From the NCBI GenBank assembly GCA_965204735.1, contig OZ242008.1, forward strand, positions 2,240,001 through 2,304,000: a stretch of DNA of 64,000 nucleotides. Direction: 5' to 3'. A model generated the notes under the pieces. It did not search any database and was not told the DNA's origin. It saw nothing but the letters and a program-made list of their open reading frames with translations. Below are positions 30,001 through 45,000 of the stretch, one piece after another. A program made the translations under genes and the position numbers. Within the stretch, counting starts at the first letter, position 1. Every line of letters begins with the position of its first letter. This DNA is from Longimicrobiales bacterium (GTDB taxonomy: Bacteria; Gemmatimonadota; Gemmatimonadetes; Longimicrobiales; Gaopeijiaceae).

Positions 30001-33000
30001 TAGTCCGCCTGCCGCGTCGCAGCCCCCACCGTCAGCGCCACCTGCGGCAGGCCCGTCACGTTCACCGGCCGCACGAACGTCACCTCGACCTCGATCTCCT
30101 CGCCCAGACCGTACGTGTCCCCGCTCGACGGAGCGCTCGAGATCGTCACGCCGCTCACCGACGACGCCGTGAACGTCCCGCCCGCTACCTTGTGCCCCGT
30201 GCTGTTCGATATCGCGTGCGTGCCCAGTCCCAAAGTCGCGTCCAGCGTGCCGCCCGACAGCCGGATCGTGCCGCTGTTCAACGCCAACGCGCCCGTCCCG
30301 ATGCTCAACCCGTCCGCGTCCGCGTCCGCAGTCACCACCGTGTACTGGAACACCAGCGCCGTCGTGCCGCTCCCGCTCGCGTAGCTCGCCTGACGGGTCT
30401 GCGCACCGATCGCCAGCGCCAGCTGCGGCGTACCCGTCACCGCCACCGCACGGTTGAACGTCAACGTCGCCGCAATCACGTCGCCACGCTCGAACATGTC
30501 GCCCACGGGCGGCGACGCGAGGACCAAGCCGATCACCCCCGGCGGTCCCTGGTTGCCGTCCACCTTGTGCGACGCAGCGTTCGCAATCGCGTTCGACCCC
30601 AGACCCAGCCCCGCCGCCTCGCTCGCGTCGCGAGCGTCCGCAATCGTTCCGCCGTTCAGCGCCAATGCGCTCGCCCCGATGCTGATCCCGTTCGCGTCCG
30701 CGTCCGCAGCCACCACCGTGTAGCCGAACGTCAGCCCCTTCGTCCCCGTCCCGCTCGCATACGACGCCTGCCGCGTCTGCGAACCAATCGTCAGCGCCAG
30801 CTGCGGCGTGCCCGTCACCGCCACGCGCCGGTCGAACGTCACCTCGACCTCAATCCGCTCCGTCCGACCGTACGTGCTGTCGCTCGCCGGGCTGCTCGTG
30901 ATCGCCACGCCGCTCGCCGTCGCCGCCGTAAACGTCCCGCCCGCGACTCGGCGCGCGCCGTCGTTGCTGATCGCATGGTGCGCCAAGCTCAGCAAAGCGT
31001 CCGTCGTCCCGCCCGCCACGTCGATCGTCCCGCCGTTCAACGCCAGCGCGCTCGCGCCGATGCTCAACCCGTCCGAGTCCGCGTCCGCCTGCACCACCAC
31101 GTAACGGAACACCAGCGCGGTCGTGCCCGTCCCCGAAGCGTAACTCGCCTGCCGTGTCTGCGAACCGATTCCCAACGCCAGCCGCGGCGTGCCCGTCACG
31201 TCCACCGCCTTGTTGAACGTCACCGTCGCCGCCACCGTGTCGCCACGCTCGAACGTCGTGCCCACCGGCGGCGAAGCCACCGACAAGCCCACCACGCCCG
31301 GCGGCCCCAGGCTGCCGTTCACCTTGTGCGCCGCAGCGTTCGACACTGCGTTCGCGCCCAGGCCCAGTGCCGCAGCGGTCGAGCCCGGACGCACGTCGTT
31401 GATGGCTCCGCCGTTCAGCGTCAGCGCGCTCGCGCCGATGCTGATCCCGTCCGCGTCCGCGTCCGCCGGACGGACCGCGTAGCCGAACACCAGCGTGTCC
31501 GCCGTGCTGGAAGCGGCCATGTAGCTGGCCTGCCGCGTCTGCGAACCGATCGTCAGCGCCAGACGCGGCGAGCCCGTCACCGCCACAGGACGGCCGAACG
31601 CCACCTTCACCTCGATCGACTCGCCCAGCTGGTACGTGCTCGCGCTCGCCGGCGTGCTCGAGACCGTCACGCCGCTCACCGCCGGCGTCGTGAACGTCCC
31701 GCCCGCAACCTTGTGACTCCCGCTGTTCGTCACCGCGCTCGCGCCCAGCCCCAGCGTTGCGTCCAACGTCCCGCCCGCGACCCGGATCGTCCCGCCGTTC
31801 AGCGCCAAAGCGCTCGCGCCGATGCTCAACCCGTCCGCGTCCGCGTCGCCGCTCGTCACCACGTAGCGGAACACCAGCGTGTCCGTGCCCGTCCCGCTGG
31901 CGTAGATCGCCTGGCGCGTCGCGCTCCCAATCGTCAGCGCCAGCCGCGGCGTACCCGTCACGTCCACCGACCGGTTGAACAGCAGCGACACCTCGATCGT
32001 CTCGCCGCGCTCGAAGGTGTCGCCCACCGTCGGCGCACTGATCGACAGCCCCGTCACCCCCGGCGGCCCGCGGCTGCCGTCCACCTTGTGCGCAGCAGCG
32101 TTCGCAATCGCGTTGCTCCCCAGTCCCAGGCTCGCCGCCGTCGCGCCGTCGCGTGCGTCGGCGATCGCACCGCTGTTCAGCGTCAGCGCGCTCGCGCCGA
32201 TGCCGATGCCCGTCGAGTCTGCGTCCGCCGCTGCCACCGTGTAGCGGAACGCCAGCGTCGCCGTGCCCGTGCCGCGCGCGTACTCCGCCTGCCGCGTCTG
32301 CGCCCCAATCGTCAACGCCAGATGCGGCGTACCCGTCACCGCCACCCTGCGGTTGAACGTCACCTCCACCTCGATCCGCTCCGTGCGACCGTACGTGCTG
32401 TCGCTCGCCGGAGCGCTCGTGATCGCCACCCCGCTCACCGACGCCGCCGTGAACGTGCCGCCCGCGACTTTGTGGCCCGTGTTGTTCGACACCGCGCTCG
32501 CGCCCAGCCCCAGCAGCGCGTCCGTCGTACCGCCCGCCACGTCGATCGTCCCGCCGTTCAGCGCCAGCGCGCTCGCGCCGATGCTCAACCCGTCCGCGTC
32601 CGCATCGCCACTCGCCACCACGTAGCGGAAGACCAGTGACGCCGTGCCCGTGCCCGCAGCGTAACTCGCCTGCCGCGTCGCAGCGCCGATCGTCAGCGCC
32701 AGCTGCGGCGTCCCCGTCACGTCCACCGCCTTGTTGAACGTCACCGTCACCGCAACCGTGTCGCCCCGCTCGAAGGTGTCGCCCACCACCGGCGAAGCGA
32801 TCGACAGCGCGGTCACCCCCGGCGGCCCCTGCGCGCCGTCCACCTTGTGCGACGCCGCGTTGGCGATCGCGCTGGACCCCAGGCCCAGGCTCGCCGCCGT
32901 CGAGCCGTCGCGCGCGTCGACGATCGTCCCGCCGTTGAGCGCCAGCGCGCTCGCGCCGATGCTCAACCCGTCGCTGTCGGCGTCGGACGCCGCCACCGTG

Positions 33001-36000
33001 TAGCTGAACGCCAGCGTCTTCGTGCCGGTGCCGGAGCCGTAGTCCGCCTGCACCGTGTCGGTCCCGACGCCCAGCGCCAGCTGCGGCGTGCCCGTCACGC
33101 TCACCGGCCGCACGAACGTCACCTCGACCTCGATCTCCTCGCCCAGACCGTAGGTGTCCCCGCTCGACGGAGCGCTCGATATCGTCACGCCGCTCACCGA
33201 CGCCGCCGTGAACGTCCCGCCCGCAACCTTGTGCCCCGTGCTGTTCGATATCGCGTGCGTGCCCAGCCCCAGGGTCGCGTCCAGCGTGCCGCCCGACAGA
33301 CGGATCGTCCCGCTGTTCAACGCCAGCGCGCTCGTCCCGATGCTCAGCCCGTCCGCGTCCGCGTCCGCCTGCACCACCGTGTACTGGAATACCAGCGACG
33401 TCGTGCCGCTCCCGCTCGCGTAGCTCGCCTGACGGGTCTGCGTACCGATCCCCAGCGCCAGCTGCGGCGTACCCGTCACGTCCACCGCACGGTTGAACGT
33501 CACTGTCGCCGCAATCACGTCGCCACGCTCGAACGTGTCGCCCGTCGGAGGCGACGCGACGACCAAGCCGCTCACGCCCGGCGGTCCCTGGTTGCCGTCC
33601 ACCTTGTGCGCCGCGGCGTTTGCGATCGCGTTCGACCCCAGGCCCAGCCCCGCCGCCTCGCTCGCGTCACGAGCGTCCGCAATCGTCCCGCCGTTCAGCC
33701 CCAACGCGCTCGCGCCGATGCTGATCCCGTTCGCATCCGCGTCCGCAGCCGCCACCGTGTAGCCGAACGTCAGCGTCGTCGTGCCCGTCCCGCTCGCGTA
33801 GTCCGCCTGCCGCGTCTGCGAACCAATCGTCAGCGCGACCTGCGGCGTGCCCGTCACCGCCACGCGCCGGTCGAACGTCACCTCGACCTCGATCCGCTCC
33901 GTCCGACCGTACGTGCTGTCGCTCGCCGGAGCGCTCGTGATCGCCACGCCGCTCGCCGACGCCGCCGTCAACGTCCCGCCCGCCACGCGGCGCGTGCCGT
34001 CGTTGCTGATCGCGTGATGCGCCAAGCTCAGCAAGGCGTCCGTCGTCCCGCCCGCCACGTCGATCGTCCCGCTGTTCAGCGCCAGCGCGCTCGCGCCGAT
34101 GCTCAACCCGTCGGCGTCCGCGTCCGCCTGCACCACCACGTACCGGAACACCAGCGCCGTCGTCCCCGTCCCCGACGCGTAGCTGGCTTGCCGCGTCTGC
34201 GAACCGATCGACAACGCCAGCTGCGGCGTGCCCGTCACGTCCACCGCCTTGTTGAACGTCACCGTCGCCGCCACCGTGTCGCCCCGCTCGAACGTGGCGC
34301 CCACCAGAGGCGCAGCCACCGACAGCCCCACGACGCCCGGCGGCCCCAAGCTGCCGTTCACCTTGTGCGCCGCCGCGTTCGTCACCGCGCTCGCGCCCAG
34401 ACCCAGCGCAGCTGCCGCAGCGCCCGGACGCACGTCCGCAATCGTCCCGCCGTTCAGCGCCAACGCGCTCGCGCCGATGCTGATCCCGTCCGCGTCCGCG
34501 TCCACCGGACGGACCGCGTAGGCGAACACCAGCGTGTCCGCCTTGCTGGAAGCGGCCATGTAGCTGGCCTGCCGGGTCTGCGTCCCGATCGTCAGCGCCA
34601 GCTGCGGCGAGCCCGTCACTGCCACCGGTCGGCCGAACGCCACCTTCACCTCGATCGACTCGCCCAGCTGGTACGTGCTCGCGCTCGCCGGCGTGCTCGA
34701 CACCGTCACCGCGCTCACTGCCGGCGTCGTGAACGTCCCGCCCGCAACCTTGTGGCCCGTGCTGTTCACCACCGCGCTCGCGCCCATGCCCAAGGTCGCG
34801 TCCAGCGTCCCGCCCGCAACCCGGATCGTGCCGCCGTTCAGCGCCAAAGCGCTCGCGCCGATGCTGATCCCGTCCGCGTCCGCGTCGCCGCTCGCCACCA
34901 CGTACCGGAACACAAGCGTGTCCGTCCCCGTCCCGATCGCGTAACTCGCCTGCCTAGTCGCGCTCCCGATTCCCAGAGCCAGCCGCGGCGTGCCCGTCAC
35001 GTCCACCGCGCGGTTGAACAGCAGCGACACCTCGATCGTCTCGCCCCGCTCGAAGGTGTCGCCCACCGTTGGCGCACTGATCGACAGCGCCGTCACGCCC
35101 GGCGGACCGCGGCTGCCGTCCACCTTGTGCGCAGCAGCGTTCGCGATCGCGTTCGTCCCCAGTCCCAGGCTCGCAGCCGTCGCGCCGTCGCGCGCGTCGG
35201 CGATCGCACCGCCGTTCAGCGTCAGCGCGCTCGCGCCGATGCCGATCCCCGTCGAGTCTGCGTCCGCCGCTGCCACCGTGTAGCGGAACGCCAGCGTCGT
35301 CGTGCCGCTCCCGCTCGCGTACGCCGCCTGCCGTGTTTGGCTCCCGATCGTCAGCGCCACCTGCGGCGTACCCGTCACCGCCACCCTACGGTTGAACGCC
35401 ACCTCCACCTCGATCCGCTCCGTGCGACCGTACGTGCTGTCGCTCGCCGGAGCGCTCGTGATCGCGACCCCGCTCACCGACGCCGCCGTGAAGGTGCCGC
35501 CCGCAACCTTGTGGCCCGTGCTGTTCGCCACCGCGCTCGCGCCCAGCCCCAGCAGCGCGTCCGTCGTCCCGCCCGCCACGTCGATCGTCCCGCCGTTCAG
35601 CGACAGCGCGCCCGCGCCGATGCTCAACCCGTCGGCGTCCGCGTCGCCGCTCGCCACCACGTAGCGGAAGACCAGCGACGCCGTCCCCGTGCCGCCCGCG
35701 TACGACGCCTGCCGCGTCGCAGAGCCGATCGTCAGCGCCAGCTGCGGCGTGCCCGTCACGTCCACCGCCTTGTTGAACGTGACCGTCGCCGCAACCGTGT
35801 CGCCCCGCTCGAAGGTGTCGCCCACCACGGGCGACGCGACCGACAGCGCGGTCACCCCCGGCGGCCCCTGCGCGCCGTCCACCTTGTGCGACGCCGCGTT
35901 CGCGATCGCGCTCGACCCCAGGCCCAGGCTCGCCGCCGTCGAGCCGTCGCGCGCATCCACGATCGTCCCGCCGTTCAGCGCCAAAGCGCTCGCGCCGATG

Positions 36001-39000
36001 CTGATCCCGTCGCTGTCGGCGTCGGACGCCGCGACCGTGTAGCTGAACGTCAGCGTCTTCGTGCCCGTGCCGGAGGCGTAGTCCGCCTGCACCGTGTCGG
36101 TCCCGACATCCAGCGCCAGCTGCGGCGTGCCCGTCACGCTCACCGGCCGCACGAACGACGCCTCGACCTCGATCTGCTCGCCCAGGCCGTAGGTGTCGCC
36201 GCTCGCCGGGCTGCTCGATATCGTCACGCCGCTCACCGACGACGCCGTGAACGTCCCGCCCGCAACCTTGTGGCCCGTGCTGTTGCTCACCGCGTGGCTG
36301 CCCAGCCCCAGCACCGCGTCCGTCGTCCCGCCCGCCACGTCGATCGTCCCGCCGTTCAGCGCCAACGCGCTCGCGCCGATGCTCAACCCGTCCGCGTCCG
36401 CGTCCGCCTGCACCACCACGTACTGGAACACCAGCGCCGCCGTCCCCGTGCCGCCCGCGTACGACGCCTGCCGCGTCTGCGTCCCGATCGTCAGCGCCAG
36501 CTGCGGCGTCCCCGTCACGTCCACCGCCTTGTTGAACGTCACCGTCGCCGCAACCGTGTCGCCACGCTCGAACGTGTCGCCGGTCGGCGGCGACGCAATC
36601 GACGCTCCGCTCACCCCCGGCGGCCCCCGACTGCCGTCCACGGCATGGCCCGCGGCGTCGACGATCGCGTTTCCGCCCAGCCCCAGGTTCGCCGCCGTCG
36701 ATCCGTCGCGGGGGTCCACGATCGTCCCGCCGTTCAGCGCCAGCGCGCTTGCCCCGACGCTGATCCCGTTCGCGTCCGCGTCGCCCGCCGCCACCACGTA
36801 GCGGAACTCCAGCTCGCGGCTGCCCGACGCCGCCGAGTCGTACGCCGCCTGCCGCGTCTGGCTCCCGATCGTCAGCGCCAGCTGCGGCGCGCCCGTCGCC
36901 GTCACGTTGCGGTTGAACGTCACCGTCACATCGATCTGCTCGCCCAGCTCGTACGTGCTCCCGTCCGACGGAGTGCTCGTGATCCCCGCCCAGCTCACCG
37001 CCGGCGCCGTGAACGTGCCGCCCGCCACGCGGAAGCCTGCGGCGTTGCTGATCGCGAGGCGCTCCAGGCTCAGCAGCGCGTCGGCCGTGCCGCCCGCCAC
37101 GTCGATCGTCCCGCCGTTGAGCGTCAGCGCGTTCGCGCCGATGCTGATCCCGTCGGCGTCCGCGTCCGACTGCACCACCACGTAGCGGAACTCCAGCTCC
37201 GTCGCGCCCGTCCCGCTCGCGTACGACGCCTGCCGCGTCGCGCTCCCGATCCCCAGCGCCAGCTGCGGCGTACCCGTCACGTCCACCGCCTTGTTGAACC
37301 GCACGCTTGCGATGATCGTGTCGCCCCGCTCGAAGGTCTGCGCCGACAGCGGCGCCGTGACCGCCAAGTGCGTCACCCCCGGCGGCCCCAGGCTGCCGTC
37401 CACCTTGTGCGCCGCCGCGTTGACGATCGCGTTCGACCCCAGGCCGAGGCTCGCCGCCGTCGCCCCCGCCCGCACATCGTTGATCGTCCCGCCGTTCAGC
37501 GCCAGCGCGCTCGACCCGATGCTGATCCCCGTCGTGTCCGCGTCCGCTGGACGGACCGCATACCCGAACACCAGCGTGTCCGCCTTGCTCGTCGCCGACT
37601 CCCAGCTCGCCTGCCGCGTCTGGCTCCCGATCGTCAGCGCCAGCTGCGGCGCGCCCGTCACCGTCACCGGGCGGCCGAACGCCACCTTCACCTCGATCCG
37701 CTCGCCCAGATGGTACGTGCTGTCGGCCGCCGGTGCGCTCGAGATCGTCACCGCGCTCACCGCCGGCGTCGTGAACGTCCCGCCCGCAACCTTGTGGCCC
37801 CCGCTGTTCGCGATCGCGTACGCGCCCAAGTCCAGCACCGCGTCCAACGCCTCGCCCGACGCCCTGATCGTCCCGCCGTTCAGCGTCAGCGCGCTCGCCG
37901 CGATGCTGATCCCGTCCGCGTCCGAGTCGCCGATCGCCACCACGTAGCGGAACACCAGCGTGTCCGTCCCCGTGCCGCTCGCGTACTCCGCCTGCCGCGT
38001 CGCTGCGCCGATCGCCAGCGCCAGCTGCGGCGCGCCCGTCACGTCGACCGCTCGGTGGAACACCAGCTCGACCTCGATCGTCTCGCCCCGCTCGAAGGTG
38101 TCGCCCACCGCAGGCGCCCCAATCGCCAAGCCCCTCGCCTCCGGCGCCCCCGTGGTGCGCGTCGGCGGTGGCGGCAGGCTGCCGTCCACCTTGTGCGCCG
38201 CGGCGTCCGACACGGCGTTCGACCCCAAGCCCAGGCTCGCCGCCGTCGTGCCGTCGCGAGCGTCCGCGATCGTCCCGCCGTTCAACCCCAGTGCGCTCGC
38301 GCCGATGCTGAGCCCCGTCGAGTCCGCGTCCGCCGCCACCACCTGGTACGCGAACGTCAGCGTCGCCGTGCCCGTGCCGTCGACGTACTCCGCCTGCCGC
38401 GTCAGCGTGTCGATCGCCAGCGCCAGCTGCGGCGTGCCCGTCACCGTCACACGGCGGTTGAACGAGACCTCGACCGCGATCTCCTCCGTCTCCGCATACG
38501 TGCTGTCGCTCGCCGGCGTGCTCGCAATCGTCACACCGCTCACCGACGCCGCCGTGAACGTCCCGCCCGCCACCTTGTGGCCCGTGCTGTTGCTCACCGC
38601 GTGACTGCCCAGCCCCAGCAAAGCGTCCGTCGTCCCGCCCGCCACGTCGATCATCCCGCCGTTCAGCGCCAAAGCGCTCGCGCCGATGCTCAACCCGTCC
38701 GCGTCCGCGTCGCCACTCGCCACCACGTACCGGAACACCAGCGACGCCGTGCCCGTCCCCGAAGCGTAGCTCGCCTGCTGCGTCGCCGAACCAATCCCCA
38801 GCGCCAGCCGCGGCGTGCCCGTCACGTCCACCGAGTCGGTGAACGTCACCGTCACCGCTATCGTGTCGCCGCGCTCGAACGTGTCGCCCACCACCGGCGA
38901 GGCAATCGACAACCCGCTCACGCCCGGCGGTCCCCGGGCCCCGTCCACCTTGTGCGCCGCCGCGTTTGCGATCGCATGGCTCCCCAACCCCAGCCCCGCC

Positions 39001-42000
39001 GCCGTCGCCCCGTCGCGTGCGTCGACGATCGTCCCGCCGTTCAGCCCGAGCGCGCTCGCGCCGATGCTGATCCCGTCCGAATCAGAGTCCGCAGCCTGCA
39101 CCGCGTAACGGAACGTCAGCGTCTTCGTCCCGCTCCCGCTCGCGTACGCCGCCTGCCGCGTCTGCGAACCGATCCCCAGCGCCACCTGCGGCGTCCCCGT
39201 CACCGTCACCGGCCGCGCGAACGACACCTCCACCTCGATCCGCTCCGTGCGGACGTACGTGCTGTCGCTCCCAGGCACGCTCGCAATCGACACGCCGCTG
39301 ACCGCCGCCGCCGTGAACGTCCCGCCCGCTACCTTGTGGCCCGCGCTGTTCGTCACCGCGTGCGCGCCCAGGTCCAGAACCGCGTCCGTCGTCGTGCCCG
39401 TCCGCCGGATCGTCCCGCCGTTCAGCGCCAAAGCGCTCGCCCCGACGCTCAACCCGTCCGCGTCCGCGTCCGCCGCCACCACCACGTACCGGAACACCAG
39501 CGACGCCGTGCCCGTCCCCGACGCGTAGCCCGCCTGCCGCGTCGCCGATCCAATCCCCAACGCCAGCTGCGGCGTGCCCGTCACCGCCACCGCCGCGTTG
39601 AACTCCACCGTCGCAACTATCGTGTCGCCGCGCTCGAACACGTCGCCCACCACCGGCGCGCCGATCGTCAACGCGCTTACGCTCGGCGCGCCCACGCCGC
39701 CGTTCACCTTGTGCGCCGCGTCGTTGCTGAACACGCTCGCCGACGTGCCCAGCCCCGCAGCCGACCCGCCGGCCCGCGCGTCGTTGATCGTCCCGCCGTT
39801 CAGCGTCAGCGCGCTCGCGCTCAAGCTGATCCCGTCCGCGTCCACGTCCGCAGCCGCCACCGCGTAGCGGAACCGCAACCGCTTCGTGCCGCTCCCGCTC
39901 GCGTACGACGCCTGCCGCGTCGCGCTCCCGATCCCCAGCGCCAGCTGCGGCGTGCCCGTCACCACCACTGCCCGCTGGAACAACACATCCAACTCGATCC
40001 GCTCGCCCAGCTTGTACGTGCTGTCGCTCGCCGGCACGCTCCGAACAACAACGTCTTCCACCGCCAGACCCGTGAACAGCGAGCCGTTCACCTGGTGACT
40101 CGAACTGTTCGTAATCGCGTGCGAACCCAGCCCCAGAACGGCGTCCATTGTCGTGCCCGCCGCCCGGATCGTACCGCCGTTCAGCGTCAAAGCGCTCGCC
40201 CCGATGCTGATCCCGTCGATGTCCCGGTCCGACTGCACCACTACGTACCGGAACACCAGCGTGTTCGTGCCCGTGCCCGACGCATACGCCGCCTGCCGCG
40301 TCTGCGAACCGATCCCCAGCGCCAGCCGCGGCGTGCCCGTCACGTCCACCGTCCTGCTGAACGACACACGGACATCGATCGCGTCGCCCCGCTCGTACTC
40401 CGCGTTGTACGGATCGTCGGCGAACGACACGCCGATCACCCCCGGCGTGCCCAGGCTCCCGTCCACCTTGTGCGCCGCCGCGTTGGACACCGCGTGAGCG
40501 CCCAGCCCCAGCGTCGCCGCCGTCGTGCCGTCGCGCGCGTCCGCGATCGTACCGCCGTTCAGCGCCAAAGCGCTCGCGCCGACGCTGAGCCCAGTCGAGT
40601 CGCGGTCCGTCCCCTGCACCGTGTACCGGAACGCCAACGTCGCCGTGCCCGTGCCGCTCGCGTACGACGCCTGCCGCGTCTGCGTCCCGATCGTCAGCGC
40701 CAGCTGCGGCGTGCCCGTCACCACCACCGGCCGCACGAACGTCACCTCCACTTCGATCCGCTCCGTCCGACCGTACGTGCTGTCGCTCGACGGCGTGCTC
40801 GCGATCGCCACCCCGCTCGGCGCCGGCCCCGTCAACGTCCCGCCCGCCACCTTGTGGCCCGTGCTGTTGCTCACCGCGTGACTGCCCAAGCCCAGCAAAG
40901 CGTCCGTCGTCTCGCCCGCCACGTCGATCGTCCCGCCGTTCAGCGACAGCGCGCTCGCGCCGATGCTGAGCCCGTCGGCGTCCGCGTCCGCCTGCACCAC
41001 CACGTACCGGAACACCAGCGACGCCGTGCCCGTGCCCGAAGCGTACGCCGCCTGCCGCGTGACCGCGCCGATCGTCAGCGCCAGCTGCGGCGCGCCCGTC
41101 ACGTCCACCGCCTTGTTGAACGTCACCGTCACGGCAATCGTGTCGGCGCGCTCGAAGGTGTCGCCCACCACCGGGTCGCCGATCGACACGCCTGTCACGC
41201 CCGCCGCGCCCTGGGCGCCGTCCACCTTGTGGGCAGCGGCGGCCGTGACGGCGTTCGCGCCCAGGCCCAGGCCGGCCGCCGTGCTCCCGTCGCGCGCGTC
41301 GGCGATCGCACCGCCGTTCAGCGTCAACGCGCTCGCGCCGATCCCGATCCCGTCGGAGTCCGCGTCCGCCACCGCCACGGCGTAGCGGAACGTCAAAACG
41401 GTCGTGCCCGTGCCCGACGCATACTCCGCCTGCCGCGTCTGCGCCCCGATCGTCAGCGCCAGCTGCGGCGTCCCCGTCACGCTCACGCGACGGCTGAACG
41501 TCGCTTGCACCTCGATCTGCTCGCCTAGACCGTACGTGCTGTCGGCGGCCGGGCTGCTGGTGATCGACATCCCGCTGACCGCCGCCGCCGTGAACGTCCC
41601 GCCCGCCACCTTGTGGCCCGAGCTGTTCGACAGCGTATGGGCGCCCAGGCTCAGGCTCGCGTTCGTGGTGTCGCCCGCCGCGTCGATCGTGCCACCGGCC
41701 AGGTGCAAAGCGCTCGCCGCGACGCTGAGCCCGTCGGCGTCCGCGTCGCCCGCCGCCACCACGTAGCGGAAGCGCAACGCCGTCGTGCCCGTGCCCGAGG
41801 CGTAGGACGCGGTGGGGGTCTGCGTTCCGATCGTCAGGAAGAGCCGCGGCGTTCCCGTCACGTCCACCGCCTTGTTGAACGTGACCGTCACCCAAATGGT
41901 GTCGCCCCGCTCGAAGGTGTCGCCCACCACCGGCGACGCAACGGCCACGCCGGCCACGCCCGGCGGACCCCTGGCGCTGTCCACCTTGTGAGCCGCCGCG

Positions 42001-45000
42001 GCGGCGATCGCGTTCGTGCCCAAGCCCAGGCCCGCCGCCGTGCTCCCGTCCCGGGCGTCGGCGATCGCACCCCCGTTCAGCGCCAGCGCGCTCGCGCCGA
42101 TCCCGATCCCGTCGGAGTCCGAGTCCGCCGTCCCCACCGCGTAGCGGAACGTCAGCGTCGTCGTGCCCGTGCCGGAGGCGTAGGCCGCCTGCCGGGTCTG
42201 CGCGCCGATCGTCAGCGCCAGCTGCGGCGTCCCCGTCACGCTCACGCGGCGGTTGAACGCCACCTGCACCTCGATCTGCTCGCCAAAGCCGTAGGTGCTG
42301 TCGCTGGACGGGCTGCTCGTGATCGACACGCCGCTGACCGACGCCGCCGTGAACGTCCCGCCCGCCACCTTGTGCCCCGAGCTGTTCGACACCGCTCGGC
42401 TGCCCAAACCCAGAAGCGCATCCGTCGTCTCGCCCGCCACGTCGATCGTCCCGCCGTTCAGCGCCAAAGCGCCCGCCCCGATGCTGAGCCCGTCGGCGTC
42501 CGCGTCCGCCTGCACCACCACGTAGCGGAAGACCAGCGCCGCCGTGCCCGTGCCAGAAGCGTAGGACGCCTGGCGCGTCGCCGCGCCGATCCCCAGCGCC
42601 AGCTGCGGCGTCCCCGTCACGTCCACCGCCTTGTTGAACGTCACCGTCACGACGATCGTGTCGCCCCGCTCGAAGGCGTCGCCCACCGGCGGCGAGCCGA
42701 TCGCCAGCGCCGTCACGCCCGCCGTGCCCTGGCTGCCGTCCACCTTGTGGGCCGCGGCGGCCGTGATCACGTGCGTGCCCAAGCCGTTGCTCGTCGCCGT
42801 CGTTCCGTCCCGCGCGTCGGAGATCGTCGCGCCCGACAGCGTGAGCGCGCGGGCAGGCAGGCCGATCCCGTCGGAATCCGAGTCCGATGCCTGCACCGTG
42901 TAGCGGAACGTGAGCGTCTTCGTGCCCGTGCCCGAGGCGTAGGACGCGTAGGGGGTCTGCGTCCCGATGTTCACCGCAAGCTTGAGGAGGTGCGTGCCCT
43001 GCACCACCACCGGGCGCGTGTACGTCACCTGCACCTCAATCACGTCGCCCAGCCCGTAGGTGCTGTCGGTGCCCGGAGGAGTGCTCGAGATCGTCACGCC
43101 GCTCACCGACGCCGCCGTGAAGGTGTTGCCCGCCACCTTGTGGCCCGAGCTGTTCGACACCGCGTGGGCGCCCAGGCCCAGCACCGCGTCCGTCGTCCCG
43201 CCCGCCTCGTCGATCGTCCCGCCGTTCAGCGCCAAAGCGCCCGCCCCGATGCTGAGCCCGTCCGCGTCCACGTCGCCACTCGCCACCACGTAGCGGAAGA
43301 CCAGCGCCGTCGTCCCGGTCCCGCCGGCGTAAGAGGCCTGCTTCGTCGCCGTCCCGATCGTCAGCGCCAGCTGCGGCGTCCCCGTCACGTCCACCGCCTG
43401 GTCGAACGTCACCGTCACGGCAATCGTGTCGTGCCGCTCGAAGGCGTCGCCCACCACCGGCGACCCGACCGTCACGCCCGTCACCCCCGGCGGACCCTGG
43501 GAGCCGTCCACCTTGTGGGCCGCCGCCGCGGCGATCGCGTTCGCGCCCAGGCCCAGCGTCGCGTCGGCACCCACGCTGCTCCGAATCGTGCCGCCGTTCA
43601 GCGCCAGCGCGCTCGCGCCGACGGCGATCCCGTCCGAGTCCGAGTCCGCCGCCGTCACCACGTAGCGGAACGTCAGCGCCGTCGTGCCGCTCCCGCTCGC
43701 ATACGACGCCTGCCGCGTCTGGGCGCCGATCGTCAGCACCAGCTGCGGCGCGCCCGTCACCGTCACGGGAACGCTGAACCCGACCTCCACCACGATCGCG
43801 TCGTGGGCGAAGTACGTGCTGTCGGCCCCGGCGTCGCTGCCGATCGTCGCGGCGCGCACCGTCGGCGTCGTTGCCGAGGAGCCGTCCACCTTGTGGTCCG
43901 GGGAGTTCGAGAACGCGTTCACGAAGAGGCTGAGGTTCGCGTTCGTCCCGGCGGCGCTGCGGACCGTGCCGCCGTTGAGCGTCAGGGCCGTGGGGCCGAC
44001 GCTGATCCCGTTCGAGTCCGAGTCCGCCGTCTGCACGACGTAGTCGAAGGCGAGGGCGGCGGTCCCGCTCCCGCTCGCGTAGTCGGCTTGGCGCGTCGCG
44101 TTGCCGACCGTCAGCGCGAGCTGCGGGGTCCCGGTCACCGTCACCGGTATCTGGAAGACGACGGAGACCGTGATCTTCTCGCCTCCGCCGTAGGTGTCGC
44201 CGCTGGCCGGCGCGCTCGAGATCGACATCGAGCTCACGAGCGGGGCCGTGGCGGCGCCGTTCACCTTGTGGCCCGAAGCGTTCGCGATGGCGTGGCTGCC
44301 CAGCGCCAGCGTGGCGTTGGTGCCCGACCCGCTCCTGATCGTGCCGCCGTTCAGCGTCAGGGCGCCGGCGCCCACGCTGATGCCGTCGTCGTCGCGGTCC
44401 GTCGCCAGCGTCACGTAGTCGAAGACCAGCGCCGTCGTCCCGCTCCCGCTGGCGTAGGCCACCTGCCGGGTCGCGCTCCCTACTGCCACCGCGAGCTGCG
44501 GGGCGCCGGTCACCGTCACCGGAATGCTGAACCCGACGCGCACCGAGATCGTCTCGCCCGCGCCGTAGGTGTCGCTCCCGGCCGGCGAGCTGGCGACCGC
44601 AACGCCGGTCACGACCGGGACCGTCGACGTTCCGTCCACCTTGTGGGCCGCCGCGTCGGCGATCGCGAACGTCCCCAGGCTCAGGGCAGCGTTGGTGCCG
44701 GCCCCGCTCTGAAGCGCGCCGCCGTTCAGCGTCAGCGCGTTCGCCGCGACGGCGATCCCGTTGCCGTCCACGTCCGTGGCCCGGACGGTGTAGCTGAACG
44801 TCAGGGTCTTGGTCCCGGTCCCGCCTGCGTACGCCGCTTGCCCGACGCCCGTCCCGATCGTCAGCGCCAGCTGCGGCGTGCCCGTCACCGTCACCGGTAT
44901 CTGGAACGCGACCTCGACCGACACCGCGTCGCCGGCGGCGTAGGTGCTGTCGTTCCCCGCGTCGCTGACGATCGTCGCGCCGGTCACGGCCGGCGCCGTG

